Shown: positions 1 through 13,315, counted from the stretch's first letter. The stretch: DNA of 64,000 bases from Octopus vulgaris (GCA_951406725.2 OX597834.1:42594001-42658000); one strand, 5' to 3'. Numbers and translations: made by a program. The notes: generated by a model from the sequence alone, not told the origin.

Positions 1-356
1 TGGTCTGTCCTTACTTTCTGAGTTCAAATTCCGCCGAGGTCGATAAAACAAATAGCAGTTACACACTGAAGTCGATCTAATCGACTTGCCCCTTCCCCAA
101 AATTTCAGGCCTTTTGCCTTTAATAGAAAGAATTATTATTATTGTTGCTAAAACGGTGAGCTGGCGGAATCGTTAGCAACCCGGACAAAATGCTTAGCAG
201 CATTTCGTCCGTCATTACTTTCTGAGTTCGAATTCTGCTGAGGTCGACTTTGCCTTTCATCCTTTCAGGATCGATAGAATAAATATCAGATGTAATCGAC
301 AAGACCCCTTCCCCTCAAATTTTAGGCCTCGTGCATATAGGAGAAAGGATTATTAT
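1..356 (+). mobile_element. Two tandem copies of tRNA-derived SINE family B (first 5'-truncated by window edge)
   Basis: A-box-like TGGCGGAATCGTT, B-box GAGTTCRAATTC, core GAGGTCGACTTTGCCTTTCATCCTTTC, (ATT)n tails; same sequence recurs at 16121, 29648, 43870, 49575. Confidence 0.85.
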
Positions 357-579
357 TGTTGTAAAGCAATCAGTGGGGTATCAGTCAAGTAGTTGTTAAA
401 ATTTAATCATGGCCACCCTGATCGAATTTGACTCTGTATTATTCTGGTGTGTTGACAGTTGTCAGTAATATCAGCTGCACCTGTCCCCTGCAAAAAAAAA
501 AAAAGTGTTGTAACCTGGTATCAACGCCAAAAAAACAAAAAAGAAGAAATTCTCTGTCGCTCTGTCTCTGTATTGTTAA

Positions 580-1030
580 CATCGTTTTCTGGCTTACGTT
601 TTAAGTTCAAACCCCGCAGAACGCCCAGTCACCTGTCCTTTCGTTGTTCTAGGAGCGTAGGACAGGTAAATTAAAGTACAAGTCAAGTACAATCATCGAT
701 AAAATAGGCAGCATCCATCCCCATCCCTCTCAAAAGTTCGGGACTTTGTTTCTAAGTTAGAGTACCTCGGCCCTTCACATTTGAGGTTCAATTCACATAC
801 ATGTCTGTTATGCCTTTAATGCATCCGGGGTTATAAATCGATAAAATATTAGTGAAATACTGGGGTCAATATAACCAAATAAACCATCTCACCTTAAATC
901 CGACCCCTTATGTTGCTATGCTAGAAATTAATATTTTGTAACAGTACGGCTTTCTACGTTCTAAGTTCAAATCCGTTTGTCAACTTAGCATTCACTTTTC
1001 AGCTCCGGAATTGATGAAAATAAAATAAGA
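580..1030 (+). mobile_element. Run of highly decayed SINE B-like units
   Basis: Repeated B-box-like words TACGTTTTAAGTTCAAA (~594), GAGGTTCAATTC (~783), TACGTTCTAAGTTCAAAT (~955) plus ACTGGGGTCAAT remnant. Confidence 0.4.
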
Positions 1031-1410
1031 AAAAAACCCTTAAAAACATTGAAAAACTATCAACGATTGCAAACGAGTAAAACAATTCATATCTGCGGTT
1101 TCTATTTCTATTATTATAGTTGTTGTTATACATGGTTAAAAACACTAAAATGTGTAATTCCGTCAGTCATAAACAGACGCTTCTTGGAAAAACCAAAACA
1201 AGCAGGAAAGCGTTCGTGGTTAACACATGTTCTGTAGATAAAAAACAAAAACAATCTAGCGAATATATTTCCATAGATCCTGGTGGCTCTGTTTTCATTA
1301 GTGTGTTTTGTAGATGAGTGTTTCATGTTGTTGGCGTGTTGTCGTGCACGTGAGCCCTGGTCGACTGAAGGTGTTCCAACCGCGACCATCTTGTCATATA
1401 TATATATATA

Positions 1411-1630
1411 CAGGAATCCGTCGACTATCGCAGGTGTTACGTTCCAAAACCAATCGCGATAGGTGAAAATCCTCCAAGTAGAAGCCGTAGTGTTTAGTTT
1501 TTTCATTATTATTGTTATAATTTGTAGTTATCAATTTTATTCTAAATGTAAAACAACACCGCGGAAGAATCGACGTAAGCTTAAATAATAAACCGTGATA
1601 AGTGAACCGCGATATGGCGAGGAATTACTG
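1411..1630. mobile_element. pogo/Tigger-like non-autonomous DNA transposon (MITE)
   Basis: Imperfect ~23-bp TIRs CAGGAATCCGTCGACTATCGCAG / revcomp of CCGCGATATGGCGAGGAATTACTG; TA on left flank. Confidence 0.65.
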
Positions 1631-1689
1631 TGTGTGTTTATATATATATATGTGGCAAAGTAATTTATTTTACTAAGCCCTTTTATATA

Positions 1690-1727
<38 letters not shown>

Positions 1728-1841
1728 TTATGAATATTTTTTATGTTCAGTTATAGTAAAAACAGTTTGACATTAATCTGACGGGTGACTCTATTTTTGT
1801 AGAGGACAAATTTATTCTTCTTAAACAAGAATGCTATTTAT

Positions 1842-1890
1842 TGACTGCGACTTCGAAGTTTCGACCAGTTTAGCCATCTTCAGACTGCCA
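1842..1890 (-). ncRNA. Minimal type I hammerhead ribozyme motif
   Basis: Minus strand tggcagt CTGAAGA t ggcta aac tggtc GAAAC ttcgaa GTC gcagtca: full core, 5-bp helix II, palindromic helix III ACTTCGAAGT, helix I 6 of 7 pairs including G.U. Confidence 0.7.
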
Positions 1891-1898
1891 GCTAAGTC

Positions 1899-1943
1899 AT
1901 AGACCGACGAAGACTCAGCTGGCCGAAACCTCGAAGTTACTAT
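1899..1943 (+). ncRNA. Degenerate hammerhead motif (partner of 1842-1890)
   Basis: ataga CCGACGA agactcagctggcc GAAAC ctcgaa GTT actat; U4-to-C change in core, weak helix II. Confidence 0.45.
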
Positions 1944-3027
1944 CAATAATATTCTTGCTTAAGAATTATATATATATATATATAGATAATGTAGTATCAT
2001 GTTTAAATAAACTATGACACACACACAAACACTATATATATATATATCATCTAACGTGACCTTCCCATTTTGTAAGCTGACAATACAATGTGACTGATGG
2101 AACATCGCTGTTATTTTTAACGTATCTAGTAACCACTTAGGCATACGCTGCTTAGATTGTTTTCATCTTTGCATCTGTTGGTCGACGTTTGTGTATGTGT
2201 GAGCGTGTACACAGACACACACACACACACACACACGCATATATAACTGTTACCTTTTCACTCTCATAGGAGATTTCTAAATAAACGAGAACTCTTTTTA
2301 TGAGATATTAAATAATTGGAGTGTACATACACACACACACGCACGAACACACGTACATAAACACACTAGTATATGCGTGTATGTTTTATACATTTACCAA
2401 AACAAAATATAAACAAGCGATGTCTTAAGCGACCACTTTGGTGCTATTTTGTTCGCGTTTCTTTAAAGCTCTCTCAGTTCAATTCGTAATGGGTACATTT
2501 TTACCGTTTATTAAAGTTGAGGGGAGTTTCGTAAGAGTATACCAGCGTAACTAGAGTGGAGCGGAGGGGGATGTCCGACCCGATCGGCACTTTTATGGGA
2601 GTGGGGTCTGCTGTAAGCTATAAGCCTGTATAGGCTGTTTTGAAATCAAATAATAGTGGTTTTAATGTCGGGACAAGGACACTATTTCACCGTTAAATTC
2701 AACAATTGATATTGCCATTGTGCAATATGTATTTTTGTGGGGGCCCCAGGGTGGAAAAACTGAAGGGCCGCCCCTACCAGAAAATATTGGTGTCGGGTGT
2801 ATCTTCCGCTAAAATATGTCACCTTGTGTCCTTACGTTTCACATCCATCCATCCATGCAACCAACCAACCAACCAGCCAACCAGCCAGCTGTATAGATGT
2901 ATTTTGACTACAAATAGCCATATAACTCTTGTACATAATATAAATCTATCTAAACTGTATGTGCGTGTACGCGTATATACACACGCCCAGCTGTGTGACT
3001 ATATGTCTTTTTCATATATATGTGTGT

Positions 3028-3415
3028 GTGGCTGTGTGGTAAGTAGCTTGCTAACCAACCACGTGGTTCCGGGATCAGCCCCACTGCTTGGCACCTTGGG
3101 CAAGCGTCTTCTACTATAGCCTTGGGCCGACCAAAGCCTTGTGAGTGGTTTTGGTAGACGGAAACTGAAAGAAGCCCGTCGTATATATGTATGTGTGTGT
3201 GTATATATGTTTGTGTCTGTGTTTGTCCCCCCCCCCCAACATCGCTTGACAACCGATGCTGGTGTGTTTACGTCCCATAACTTATCGGTTCGGCAAAAGA
3301 AACCGATAGAATAAGTACTAGGCTTACAAAGAATAAGTCCTGGGGTCGATTTGCTCGACTAAAGGTGGTGTTCCAGCATGGCCACAGTCAAATGACTGAA
3401 ACAAGTAGATGAGTA
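3028..3415 (+). mobile_element. tRNA-derived SINE family A (CORE-like, internal microsatellite)
   Basis: GTGGCTGTGTGGTAAG A-box, B-box region, CCTTGGGCAAG core-like motif, internal (TA/TG)n, tail GGTGTTCCAGCATGGCCACAGTCAAATGACTGAAAC. Confidence 0.9.
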
Positions 3416-3424
3416 TAATAATAA

Positions 3425-3472
<48 letters not shown>

Positions 3473-3603
3473 CTTAAATACACAGACTATGAACATGTGT
3501 GTGTATATATGTATTTATATACGTGGCGTGTGACTATGTAAATATGTATGTGTACAAATATTCCAAGCTTCGTAACTGTATACATTTATAGGCCTAACTA
3601 CAT

Positions 3604-3637
<34 letters not shown>

Positions 3638-3912
3638 TTACGTGTCGTCCTTGTATCTGCCAGTCTGTCTGTCACCGTGTCATGTTTATGTCAATACTGA
3701 TAGTTCAATATCCAGGAGTCTCTCCTCACACATCAAAATATCAGCAACGTGGTAGAACAAGCCACCATGTTTGTCTGTGTACGTGTGTTGTCATCGTCGC
3801 TGTTGTCACCGTTTCACTCAACTTGTTTAACATTATTCAACGAACATAACATTTCAAGCATTCTCCTAATAACCATGCTGCTTTTCATATATATATATAT
3901 ATAAATATAGGC

Positions 3913-4083
3913 AGGCGAAGGTATGATTGTGTGGTAAGAAGCTTGCTCGCTTCCGAATGACATGTTTCCGGGTTCGGTCCCACTGCGTGGCACCTTCGGC
4001 AAGTGTCTTCTACCTCGGGCCTACCAAAGCATTGTCAGTGGACTTAATAGGCGGAAACTGAAAGAAGCTTGTCGTACACACAC

Positions 4084-4170
<87 letters not shown>

Positions 4171-4260
4171 GATACATGTGAGTGTGTGTGTGTTCATCAT
4201 TGGTGACTAAAACCTTTGAAGGCGGTGCTCCAGCATGGCCGCAGTCAAATGACAAAAGAA
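3913..4260 (+). mobile_element. SINE A, internally deleted, with (TATC)n expansion
   Basis: Head GGGTTCGGTCCCACTGCGTGGCACCTTCGGCAAGTG, (TATC)n 4085-4167, tail GGCGGTGCTCCAGCATGGCCGCAGTCAAATGAC. Confidence 0.8.
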
Positions 4261-4266
4261 TATATG

Positions 4267-4269
<3 letters not shown>

Positions 4270-4309
<40 letters not shown>

Positions 4310-5026
4310 GACGTATAGAAATGTTACGCGAAGAAGTTGTTGGGTGGTAAGAAGTCTGCTTCCCAGACATGGATTTGAGCAAGTGCCTTCTGCTATAGCT
4401 CTGTGTCTACCAAAGCCTGGTGAGCGAATTTTGGTACACACACACACGTGTGTGTTCCTCATCCCACTTGACAACCAGTGTTGGTTTGCTTATGTCCCTG
4501 TAACTTGATACTTCGACGATAGAATAAACACCAGATTCAAAATATAAACCCTAGGGGTCAGTGGGGTCGGTCGATTCGTTCGATTAAACTCATTAAGACA
4601 CTGTTCCAGCACTATCATAACCGGAGCAATTGAAAAGCAAACGATAAGGTGGTGATGATTTGAGGGAGTTTATGCTATAGTTTCTGTAAGGACGACTGAT
4701 CATGTAGGGGTTACGCAGTCAATAATGCTCTGTGTCTCTTATACCTGCGTGGCCTGTGTGTGTGTGTGTTTATATGTACATATTTGGGTTCATAATTTCA
4801 TATATGTTTCAGTATTGTATGTGTGTGTATCTGCTTATGTGTCGGTGTAGTGTATGTATCTCTCAGTACACGTGCGTTTCTATAAATGTATGCATTTAAG
4901 CGTGTGTTGGTATTTAAATGTATACCTACAATGATGCAAACTTACAAATAGGTACATACATACAGTCTATCTACCTGTTTGTCTCTACCTGTTTGTCTGT
5001 TTCTGTCTGTCAGTCTCTCTCTCTCT

Positions 5027-5072
<46 letters not shown>

Positions 5073-5097
5073 GTACATAGACGCATAAATTGCATAC

Positions 5098-5137
<40 letters not shown>

Positions 5138-5322
5138 ACGTAATTCATCTATTGAATATTTTCAAAAGTTTAATAAATATGGGCACCACAAAAAAAAAAA
5201 AAAACATTAAATGATCTTTCAGTTTAATGTTGGATTATTTTTAGAAGTATAACTTTACATAAAAACAAACACGTATCTATCAGTCTGCCTGTCTGTCTGC
5301 ATGTCTGTCTATCTGTATCTGC

Positions 5323-5365
<43 letters not shown>

Positions 5366-5431
5366 TCTACACACCCACATATACATAGAGAAGCATACAT
5401 ACAACTAGACATGCATACGCACATCCATACA

Positions 5432-5474
<43 letters not shown>

Positions 5475-5642
5475 CTATGTATGTTTATATATATCTTTAG
5501 GTATGTCTATAAGTATGTGTGTAAGCATGAATGTATAACCATGTGTGTATGCAAGTACGTAATGAATGTGTATGTGTATATATATATGAAGTGTGTATGC
5601 TGGGCTAAGTGCACTTACAAACTGGAAGCTTGTCCCCTCCCC

Positions 5643-5704
<62 letters not shown>

Positions 5705-5783
5705 GATCTATCTATACGTGGATACATGCAGTGTGTGTGTGTTCACCAACTTCCTTTGAATCCGGTCAAATGACTTTTCGGCG

Positions 5784-5818
<35 letters not shown>

Positions 5819-6522
5819 ACGTATAGAAATGTTACGCGAAGAAGTTGTTGGGTGGTAAGAAGTCTGCTTCCCAGACATGGATTTGAGCAAGTGCCTTCTG
5901 CTATAGCTCTGTGTCTACCAAAGCCTGGTGAGCGAATTTTGGTACACACACACACGTGTGTGTTCCTCATCCCACTTGACAACCAGTGTTGGTTTGCTTA
6001 TGTCCCTGTAACTTGATACTTCGACGATAGAATAAACACCAGATTCAAAATATAAACCCTAGGGGTCAGTGGGGTCGGTCGATTCGTTCGATTAAACTCA
6101 TTAAGACACTGTTCCAGCACTATCATAACCGGAGCAATTGAAAAGCAAACGATAAGGTGGTGATGATTTGAGGGAGTTTATGCTATAGTTTCTGTAAGGA
6201 CGACTGATCATGTAGGGGTTACGCAGTCAATAATGCTCTGTGTCTCTTATACCTGCGTGGCCTGTGTGTGTGTGTGTTTATATGTACATATTTGGGTTCA
6301 TAATTTCATATATGTTTCAGTATTGTATGTGTGTGTATCTGCTTATGTGTCGGTGTAGTGTATGTATCTCTCAGTACACGTGCGTTTCTATAAATGTATG
6401 CATTTAAGCGTGTGTTGGTATTTAAATGTATACCTACAATGATGCAAACTTACAAATAGGTACATACATACAGTCTATCTACCTGTTTGTCTCTACCTGT
6501 TTGTCTGTCTTCTGTCTGTCAG

Positions 6523-6579
<57 letters not shown>

Positions 6580-7140
6580 GTACATAGACGCATAAATTGC
6601 ATACGTATATATATATATATATATATATATAATAACGTAATTCATCTATTGAATATTTTCAAAAGTTTAATAAATATGGGCACCACAAAAAAAAAAAAAC
6701 ATTAAATGATCTTTCAGTTTAATGTTGGATTATTTTTAGAAGTATAACTTTACATAAAAACAAACACGTATCTATCAGTCTGCCTGTCTGTCTGCATGTC
6801 TGTCTATCTGTATCTGCCTGTCTGTCTGTCTGTCTGTCTGTCTATCTGTCTATCTATCTATCTATCTACACACCCACATATACATAGAGAAGCATACATA
6901 CAACTAGACATGCATACGCACATCCATACATCCGTGTGTGTATATATATATTTATATATATATATCGCTATGTATGTTTATATATATCTTTAGGTATGTC
7001 TATAAGTATGTGTGTAAGCATGAATGTATGTGTGTGTATGCATGTGTGTGTATGCAAGTACGTAATGAATGTGTATGTGTATATATATATGAAGTGTGTA
7101 TGCTGCTAAGTGCACACAAATTGGAAGTCCCCTCCCCCCC
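4270..7140. repeat. Near-identical tandem duplication, unit ~1.5 kb (about 4270-5645 and 5785-7140)
   Basis: ACGTATAGAAATGTTACGCGAAG at 4311 and 5819 (offset 1508); sequences identical apart from microsatellite lengths and a few small indels; each contains an old SINE A copy. Confidence 0.95.
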
Positions 7141-7467
7141 ATATATTGCTGCCAGCTGGCTTTGAGAATGATCAGCTGAAATACGTGGGCACTTGTTTAC
7201 CAACTTCCCAATCCGGTAACACTTTTCGGCGGTTTTCGAACGAACCGCTTCTTTTCTTTCCCCCAGTGACAGATAAAACTCACAAAGTAGAAGCAGGTGC
7301 CAGCTGGTTCTTTATTTATCGCTCCCGGATGGAGGAGAGTCAAAGTTGGCCTTGACAGGAATTGAACTCACTTGTAAGGAATTCTATCCGACACCCTAAT
7401 AACAACTCCCAGTTCACTCAAGTCTATATATATATCCATGTATATGTATGTACGTGTGTATGTATGA

Positions 7468-7525
<58 letters not shown>

Positions 7526-7793
7526 TTATCTTGAATATATATATGTTTCTATAATATATATATATATATATATAACTATAATATATTTTTTCTTGAGAAA
7601 ACATTCTTCGTGGAAAATGGCGATTTGGACGTCTATATCTAGCATAAAGGCTGGCTGTCCACTTTTAGTGGTCAGTCCTCTAAATTTTGTATGTAAGAAA
7701 ACTTTTAATCTTCGGAATTTTTAAAATATGCTTGGCCACTGGTTTTAATTGATTAATATCAATTTCTACCCTTATTTAATCTTAAATAAATAA

Positions 7794-7830
<37 letters not shown>

Positions 7831-7856
7831 TTTATACACTCACATACACAAATACA

Positions 7857-8070
7857 CGAAGAGGTGGTGAAAAGTTTCTGTCTTTGGGTAAAAGAAAATA
7901 CAGGGTTATCAGCTAAATATGTTAATTGACATACTCTCCTTTCAGGTTTACACACTTATTGCAGCGGACCCTCAGTTTTTCTAAGCCCTGCAAAAGAACT
8001 CGGAAGGTTGGGTCTCCATCCAGGCCTTTCGTAAAAACCCTTAAAGCCAGGAACTTTTCAGCACCCGTGG
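7857..8070 (-). mobile_element. Internally deleted mariner element (MITE)
   Basis: TIRs GAGGTGGTGAAAAGTTTCTGTCTTT / AAAGCCAGGAACTTTTCAGCACCC; minus frame GLEKLRVRCNKCVNLKGEYV resembles the mariner transposase C-terminal motif GI..L..RW.KC....G.Y; second copy at 45729. Confidence 0.8.
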
Positions 8071-8238
8071 CATATATACATACATACTTATATATATATA
8101 CCATCATTACCATCGTCTTGTTTACCTCTGGTCTACGATGTTCAGTCCCTTAAGTTTTGTGTCGATATGTCTTTGAATTTATTGGTCCCTTCTTCGTTGA
8201 TTTTGTAGTCCCTTACAGCATTGCTACTCAAAGTAGCA

Positions 8239-8293
8239 CTCAATGTTATTTGGGTTTTGCCCTTATATATCTGCATGCTTATAATGACAGGGA
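8239..8293 (+). repeat. 55-bp exact direct repeat, copy 1 (copy 2 at 10160-10214)
   Basis: CTCAATGTTATTTGGGTTTTGCCCTTATATATCTGCATGCTTATAATGACAGGGA identical at both sites. Confidence 0.9.
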
Positions 8294-9004
8294 AACATTA
8301 TAAAATGCTTATGTAATATTGTATTATTTATTTACAAAATAAATATAAGACAAAAACATAATTGTCAGCTGGTACCCCTGTATGTATAAATTAATATTAC
8401 TAAGAAATATTACCGGTCCCAGGCACATTAAGAATAAAATCACTGCCGGTATGCCAGATCAGATAATTTGAGAAGGACTGCTTTACAGTACGGAGCAGTG
8501 AGGGCAAGCCATGTGTCAGTGGAAATCGTTGTAATACTTAAATACATGCATATATATGTGTCTCGCTCTATGTATGTTTGCTTTTCCCTTTTACGATCCC
8601 TTTTGATCGAAAACCTACGCCACCTTTTCTTTTTTTTTTGTTTCTTTTGTTTTTTGTTTTTTTCATCCCCCAAGAGAAAAGCTCTACCTTGTAACTTGTC
8701 CCATCTGTGTCCAGCCCTGTGTGGCCAATAAAGAAACTTATGTCTCTTTATTATCCCTCAGACGGGTGTCTATGATCTTTACAAACTCTCCAAGACTCCC
8801 GGCAAGAAGGGATCCCCAAACGACTGACTTCGTCGGAGTAGATTCTGCTCGAAGCTTCTAAGGTCCAGGTGATGGTGTTAAACTGTGCAGAACATTAGGT
8901 CTGTCACATAGGTAGGCCACTGCGTGATTTAAAGAGATATAATAAATACGACAGTGCATCTTCTCTGATGTCCTAAAGGATCCACAAGACCATACCATTC
9001 CCAA

Positions 9005-9120
9005 AATTGGCATTTTATTTATCGACCCTTAAATAATGAAAGGTAAAGTTGACTTTGCCAAGATTTGAACTGTGAACTGATAATGTAAATTGGCGCAATG
9101 AGAACAAGGCATTTTTGACC
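9005..9120 (-). mobile_element. Decayed SINE B
   Basis: TTTATCGACCC...ATGAAAGGTAAAGTTGAC...ATTTGAACT. Confidence 0.6.
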
Positions 9121-9319
9121 GTCACTTTAAAAAGCCCTTCATCTTTGTCTGTCTGCCCGTTTTTATGTCTGAATTTATTTGTGCAAATGTATATATTTTA
9201 ATACATGCATATATATATATATATATAATAGGATAAAATCTTTATAAGAATTTATCAAGAAGTCAGCGTGAAAAACCTCATAAGGGAAAAATTATTAATT
9301 ATTCCCTGTAAATATATTT

Positions 9320-9461
9320 ATTTATATTAAGGGCATTACTATACATAAATGCCTCAGGCTACGAGGGACTCCTAAAGTCAAACTACCATTATGGTAGTTT
9401 TTACTTTAAATGTCCCTCGTAGCGTGAGGCATTTATGTATAGTAATGCCCTTAATATAAAT
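9320..9461. repeat. 142-bp near-perfect palindrome (foldback)
   Basis: ATTTATATTAAGGGCATTACTATACATAAATGCCTCA..CTACGAGGGAC..AAACTACCAT t ATGGTAGTTT..GTCCCTCGTAG..TGAGGCATTTATGTATAGTAATGCCCTTAATATAAAT, centre 9390. Confidence 0.95.
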
Positions 9462-9462
9462 A

Positions 9463-9602
9463 TAAGGTTGTCCCAAGAGTTCGTAGAAAGTCTTGGAAAA
9501 TAATGGTCTTTATTTTGAGGAATAATTTTTGTTGTTTTGTTAGTACTTGGCGAGTAAAAATTCAATTTTCGCAAGTGTTTACGAACTTTTGGGACAACCT
9601 AA
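9463..9602. mobile_element. mariner-type MITE
   Basis: ~36-bp TIRs AGGTTGTCCCAAGAGTTCGTA... / ...TACGAACTTTTGGGACAACCT, TA on both sides. Confidence 0.8.
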
Positions 9603-10159
9603 TATATATATACATACACTCATGAATGTATATAGGAATGTGTGCGGAAACGTACATGCATGCATATATACGTACGGATGCACTAACATACATACATACA
9701 TAATACATACATGGATACATACATACATGGATGGGTGGTTGGGCAGATGTGTTTGTGTTGATTTTATGTTACCATAAAGAGACCTAGTTCCATCTCTGCA
9801 CAAGTGCTGTATTTGAAATTTAGAAAAGTCTTGCATATTTTAACAGTCCCACTTACAACTGGTCACTCCTTTTAATTGAAAACTTCAGCTTTTTAGGCAA
9901 TTTTTACTTAAAACTTTTAGTAACTAAATCCAGTGTCCCAATTATTATAGGTACAGACGTAAATATTATTGTTTGAGTTTAGGGGAAGTTGTCCATAAAT
10001 CTGAAAATATTCTCTTTCTCACTGATTTTGAACGAAATATCCACATCTGCAGGGCAGCTGAATTCGATGACTGTACATATTCCCCCCCCCCTGTTACCCA
10101 AACAGTATCAGGTTTGTTATTATATAAGCATTTAGCAAATGATTTGATGGCAAAGTTAC

Positions 10160-10214
10160 CTCAATGTTATTTGGGTTTTGCCCTTATATATCTGCATGCT
10201 TATAATGACAGGGA
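10160..10214 (+). repeat. 55-bp exact direct repeat, copy 2
   Basis: Identical to 8239-8293. Confidence 0.9.
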
Positions 10215-10876
10215 TATTCTTTATATTTATCCCACGACAGTTTTTTTCTTACGGAGGGCTTTGTATATTATTTTAGCAAAACTAACGTGCTGAGTTTGAA
10301 TGTAAAAGCTGAATGACATTTAAGGGCAGCTGATATTCACATGTGGGATATCTCCTGCAGAAATGCAACATAAACCGCTTTTCTGTCACATGTTAGAGTA
10401 GTGGATCTTAACTATTATTTGGGTTAGGACAACTTTGGTTCCTATATTAATCTACAGGTACCTCATAAACATTCCATGTATTAAAAAATCCTATATTATA
10501 ACTATAATTAAATATCATAAAAAATTCTGTAAAACACCATTATAAAAATGGATTATGAATTGTAGAGATATAGGCAATTTATTGGACGTAAAATTTTAAC
10601 GACAAAATCTTATATGAACCTCGGACGCGAACCACCGTGTTAGGGGTTTAAGGGTTTTCCTTGTCTCTTTGGTTCATAATCTATTTTGTAGCTAATTTCT
10701 CCTCTTGGACAGCAAAAGAATAACCATCAAAATGTGAGAATGTATAACGATCTTCAACCAAAGGAAAGTTGAAGTGAATGTTGATGCTGGCATAAACATC
10801 AACTTTACGGGAAAACATGGGTCTGTGGCGAATTTCAGAATTAATTCTATGTATGGAAAACCAGTTGAACATAGCC

Positions 10877-10877
<1 letters not shown>

Positions 10878-10932
<55 letters not shown>

Positions 10933-11128
10933 TATATATATATATACGTATATATCTATATATATATATATGTATATATCTATATATACAAATATATATA
11001 GATGTATGTAACTCTATATACCTATATATACCTATATATTTATATATCTATATATTTATATATCTATAAGTATATATATTTATATATGTATATATAAATA
11101 TATATATATAAATATATGTATATATATA

Positions 11129-11160
<32 letters not shown>

Positions 11161-11419
11161 AATATATATATATATAAATATATGTATATATAAATATATA
11201 TATATAAATATATATATATATGTATATATGCGTATATATCTATATATACATGTATGTAACTCTATATACCTATATATATCTATATACTTATATATATAAG
11301 TATATGTATATCTACATGTATATATACGTATATATCTATATATATATGCGCATATATCTATATATACATATATATATATACATGTATGTAACTCTATATG
11401 CCTATATATATCTATATAC

Positions 11420-11455
<36 letters not shown>

Positions 11456-11636
11456 ATATATATATTTATATATGTACATATATATTTATCTGTATATACA
11501 TATTTATATATACATATTTATATATAGATATTTATCTATATATACATATATATCTATATCTATCTATATATACACATAAATTTATATACACATATATTTC
11601 TATATACATATATATTTATCTATCTATATTTACATA

Positions 11637-11684
<48 letters not shown>

Positions 11685-11941
11685 TGTGTATGTGTACATA
11701 AACATCTGTATATACGTATGTACATATACATCTATATATACGTATGTACATATACGTCTATATATAGGTGTGTACATGTACATCTATATATGGGTGTGTA
11801 CATATATAACTATGTATACGTGTGTGTGTGTATGTACGTATATATATATATATATCGGTATATATGTGTATATATATATATAAATATCTATACGTGTGTA
11901 CATCTATATAGATAGGTATATATGTGTACATATATATATAC

Positions 11942-12032
<91 letters not shown>

Positions 12033-12487
12033 GATTATATATATATATATATACGATTATATATATATATATATCGATTATATATATATATATATACGAT
12101 TATATATATATATATATACGATATATATATATATATATACGATTATATATATATATATATACGATTATATATATATATATATACGATTATATATATATAT
12201 ATACGATTATATATATATATATACGATTATATATATATATATACGATTATACATATATATATATATACGATTATACATATATATATATATACGATTATAC
12301 ATATATATATATATACGATTATACATATATATATATATACGATTATACATATATATATATATACGATTATACATATATATATATATACGTTTATACATAT
12401 ATATTTATATATATGTGTATGTACATATACATGTTGTTCGTTCTTGTCCCATTTTGTATTTTACTTTATATATGTATATATATACGG

Positions 12488-12520
<33 letters not shown>

Positions 12521-12557
12521 CGGATATACATCTATCTATAAATATATATATATATAG

Positions 12558-12613
<56 letters not shown>
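10878..12613. repeat. Compound (TA)n microsatellite with a 24-bp higher-order repeat
   Basis: (TA)n with interspersed variants; TACGATTATACA(TA)6 repeated six times at 12242-12385. Confidence 0.95.
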
Positions 12614-12614
<1 letters not shown>

Positions 12615-12737
12615 AAGTGTATGTATAATTCTTAAGGCTATATATATATCTTGGATTGATTCATAAAATTATAGATCCTACACCAACTATTGAGTGCTTT
12701 CTTTATTCACCGACAAACATTAACTTTTGAATACCTA

Positions 12738-12795
<58 letters not shown>

Positions 12796-13064
12796 TGTGC
12801 GCACACAACTCTATATTGTAACAGAAATTACGTGTGTAATCTCAGCTGCAAAATAAATGTTTGCCCGGCCTCTGTCTTTGTGTGTTTTTGTCTCTTGTTT
12901 GTAAACATTGATCCACACACGCGCGCACACTTTGCATTGAACATTGATTTCTTTACAGCTGTGGAAATCATTTACCATGCGCTTCAAAGACACACAGGCA
13001 CTGGCATGCCATCTACACCTATGTAGATATGTTCATCTGTCTGTTTATCTAACTTCCAAGCCCA

Positions 13065-13120
<56 letters not shown>

Positions 13121-13315
13121 CGCGCAGACACGCACACGGTATAAACATATTTACACAAACAAAACCTGACCTTATTTATATGTATTCGCATGTATGAATC
13201 TGTGTGTCTCTGCCTCCACTATGACTGTCTGCTTCTCTTTCTCTCACCATATATATATATATGTGTGTTTTTGTGTGTGTGTGTGTGTGTGTATGTATAT
13301 ATATATACACATTTC

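Larger units (their letters stand above)
1818..1965. repeat. Imperfect inverted repeat made of two head-to-head Penelope-like termini
   Basis: TTCTTAAACAAGAAT...TATTGA...ACTTCGAAGTTTCGACCAG mirrors CTGGCCGAAACCTCGAAGT...TCAATA...ATTCTTGCTTAAGAA. Confidence 0.75.

Noticed and set aside
10681-10877. Protein-like stretch [31 protein letters not shown]
   Set aside because: Short, upstream stop, no family recognised.
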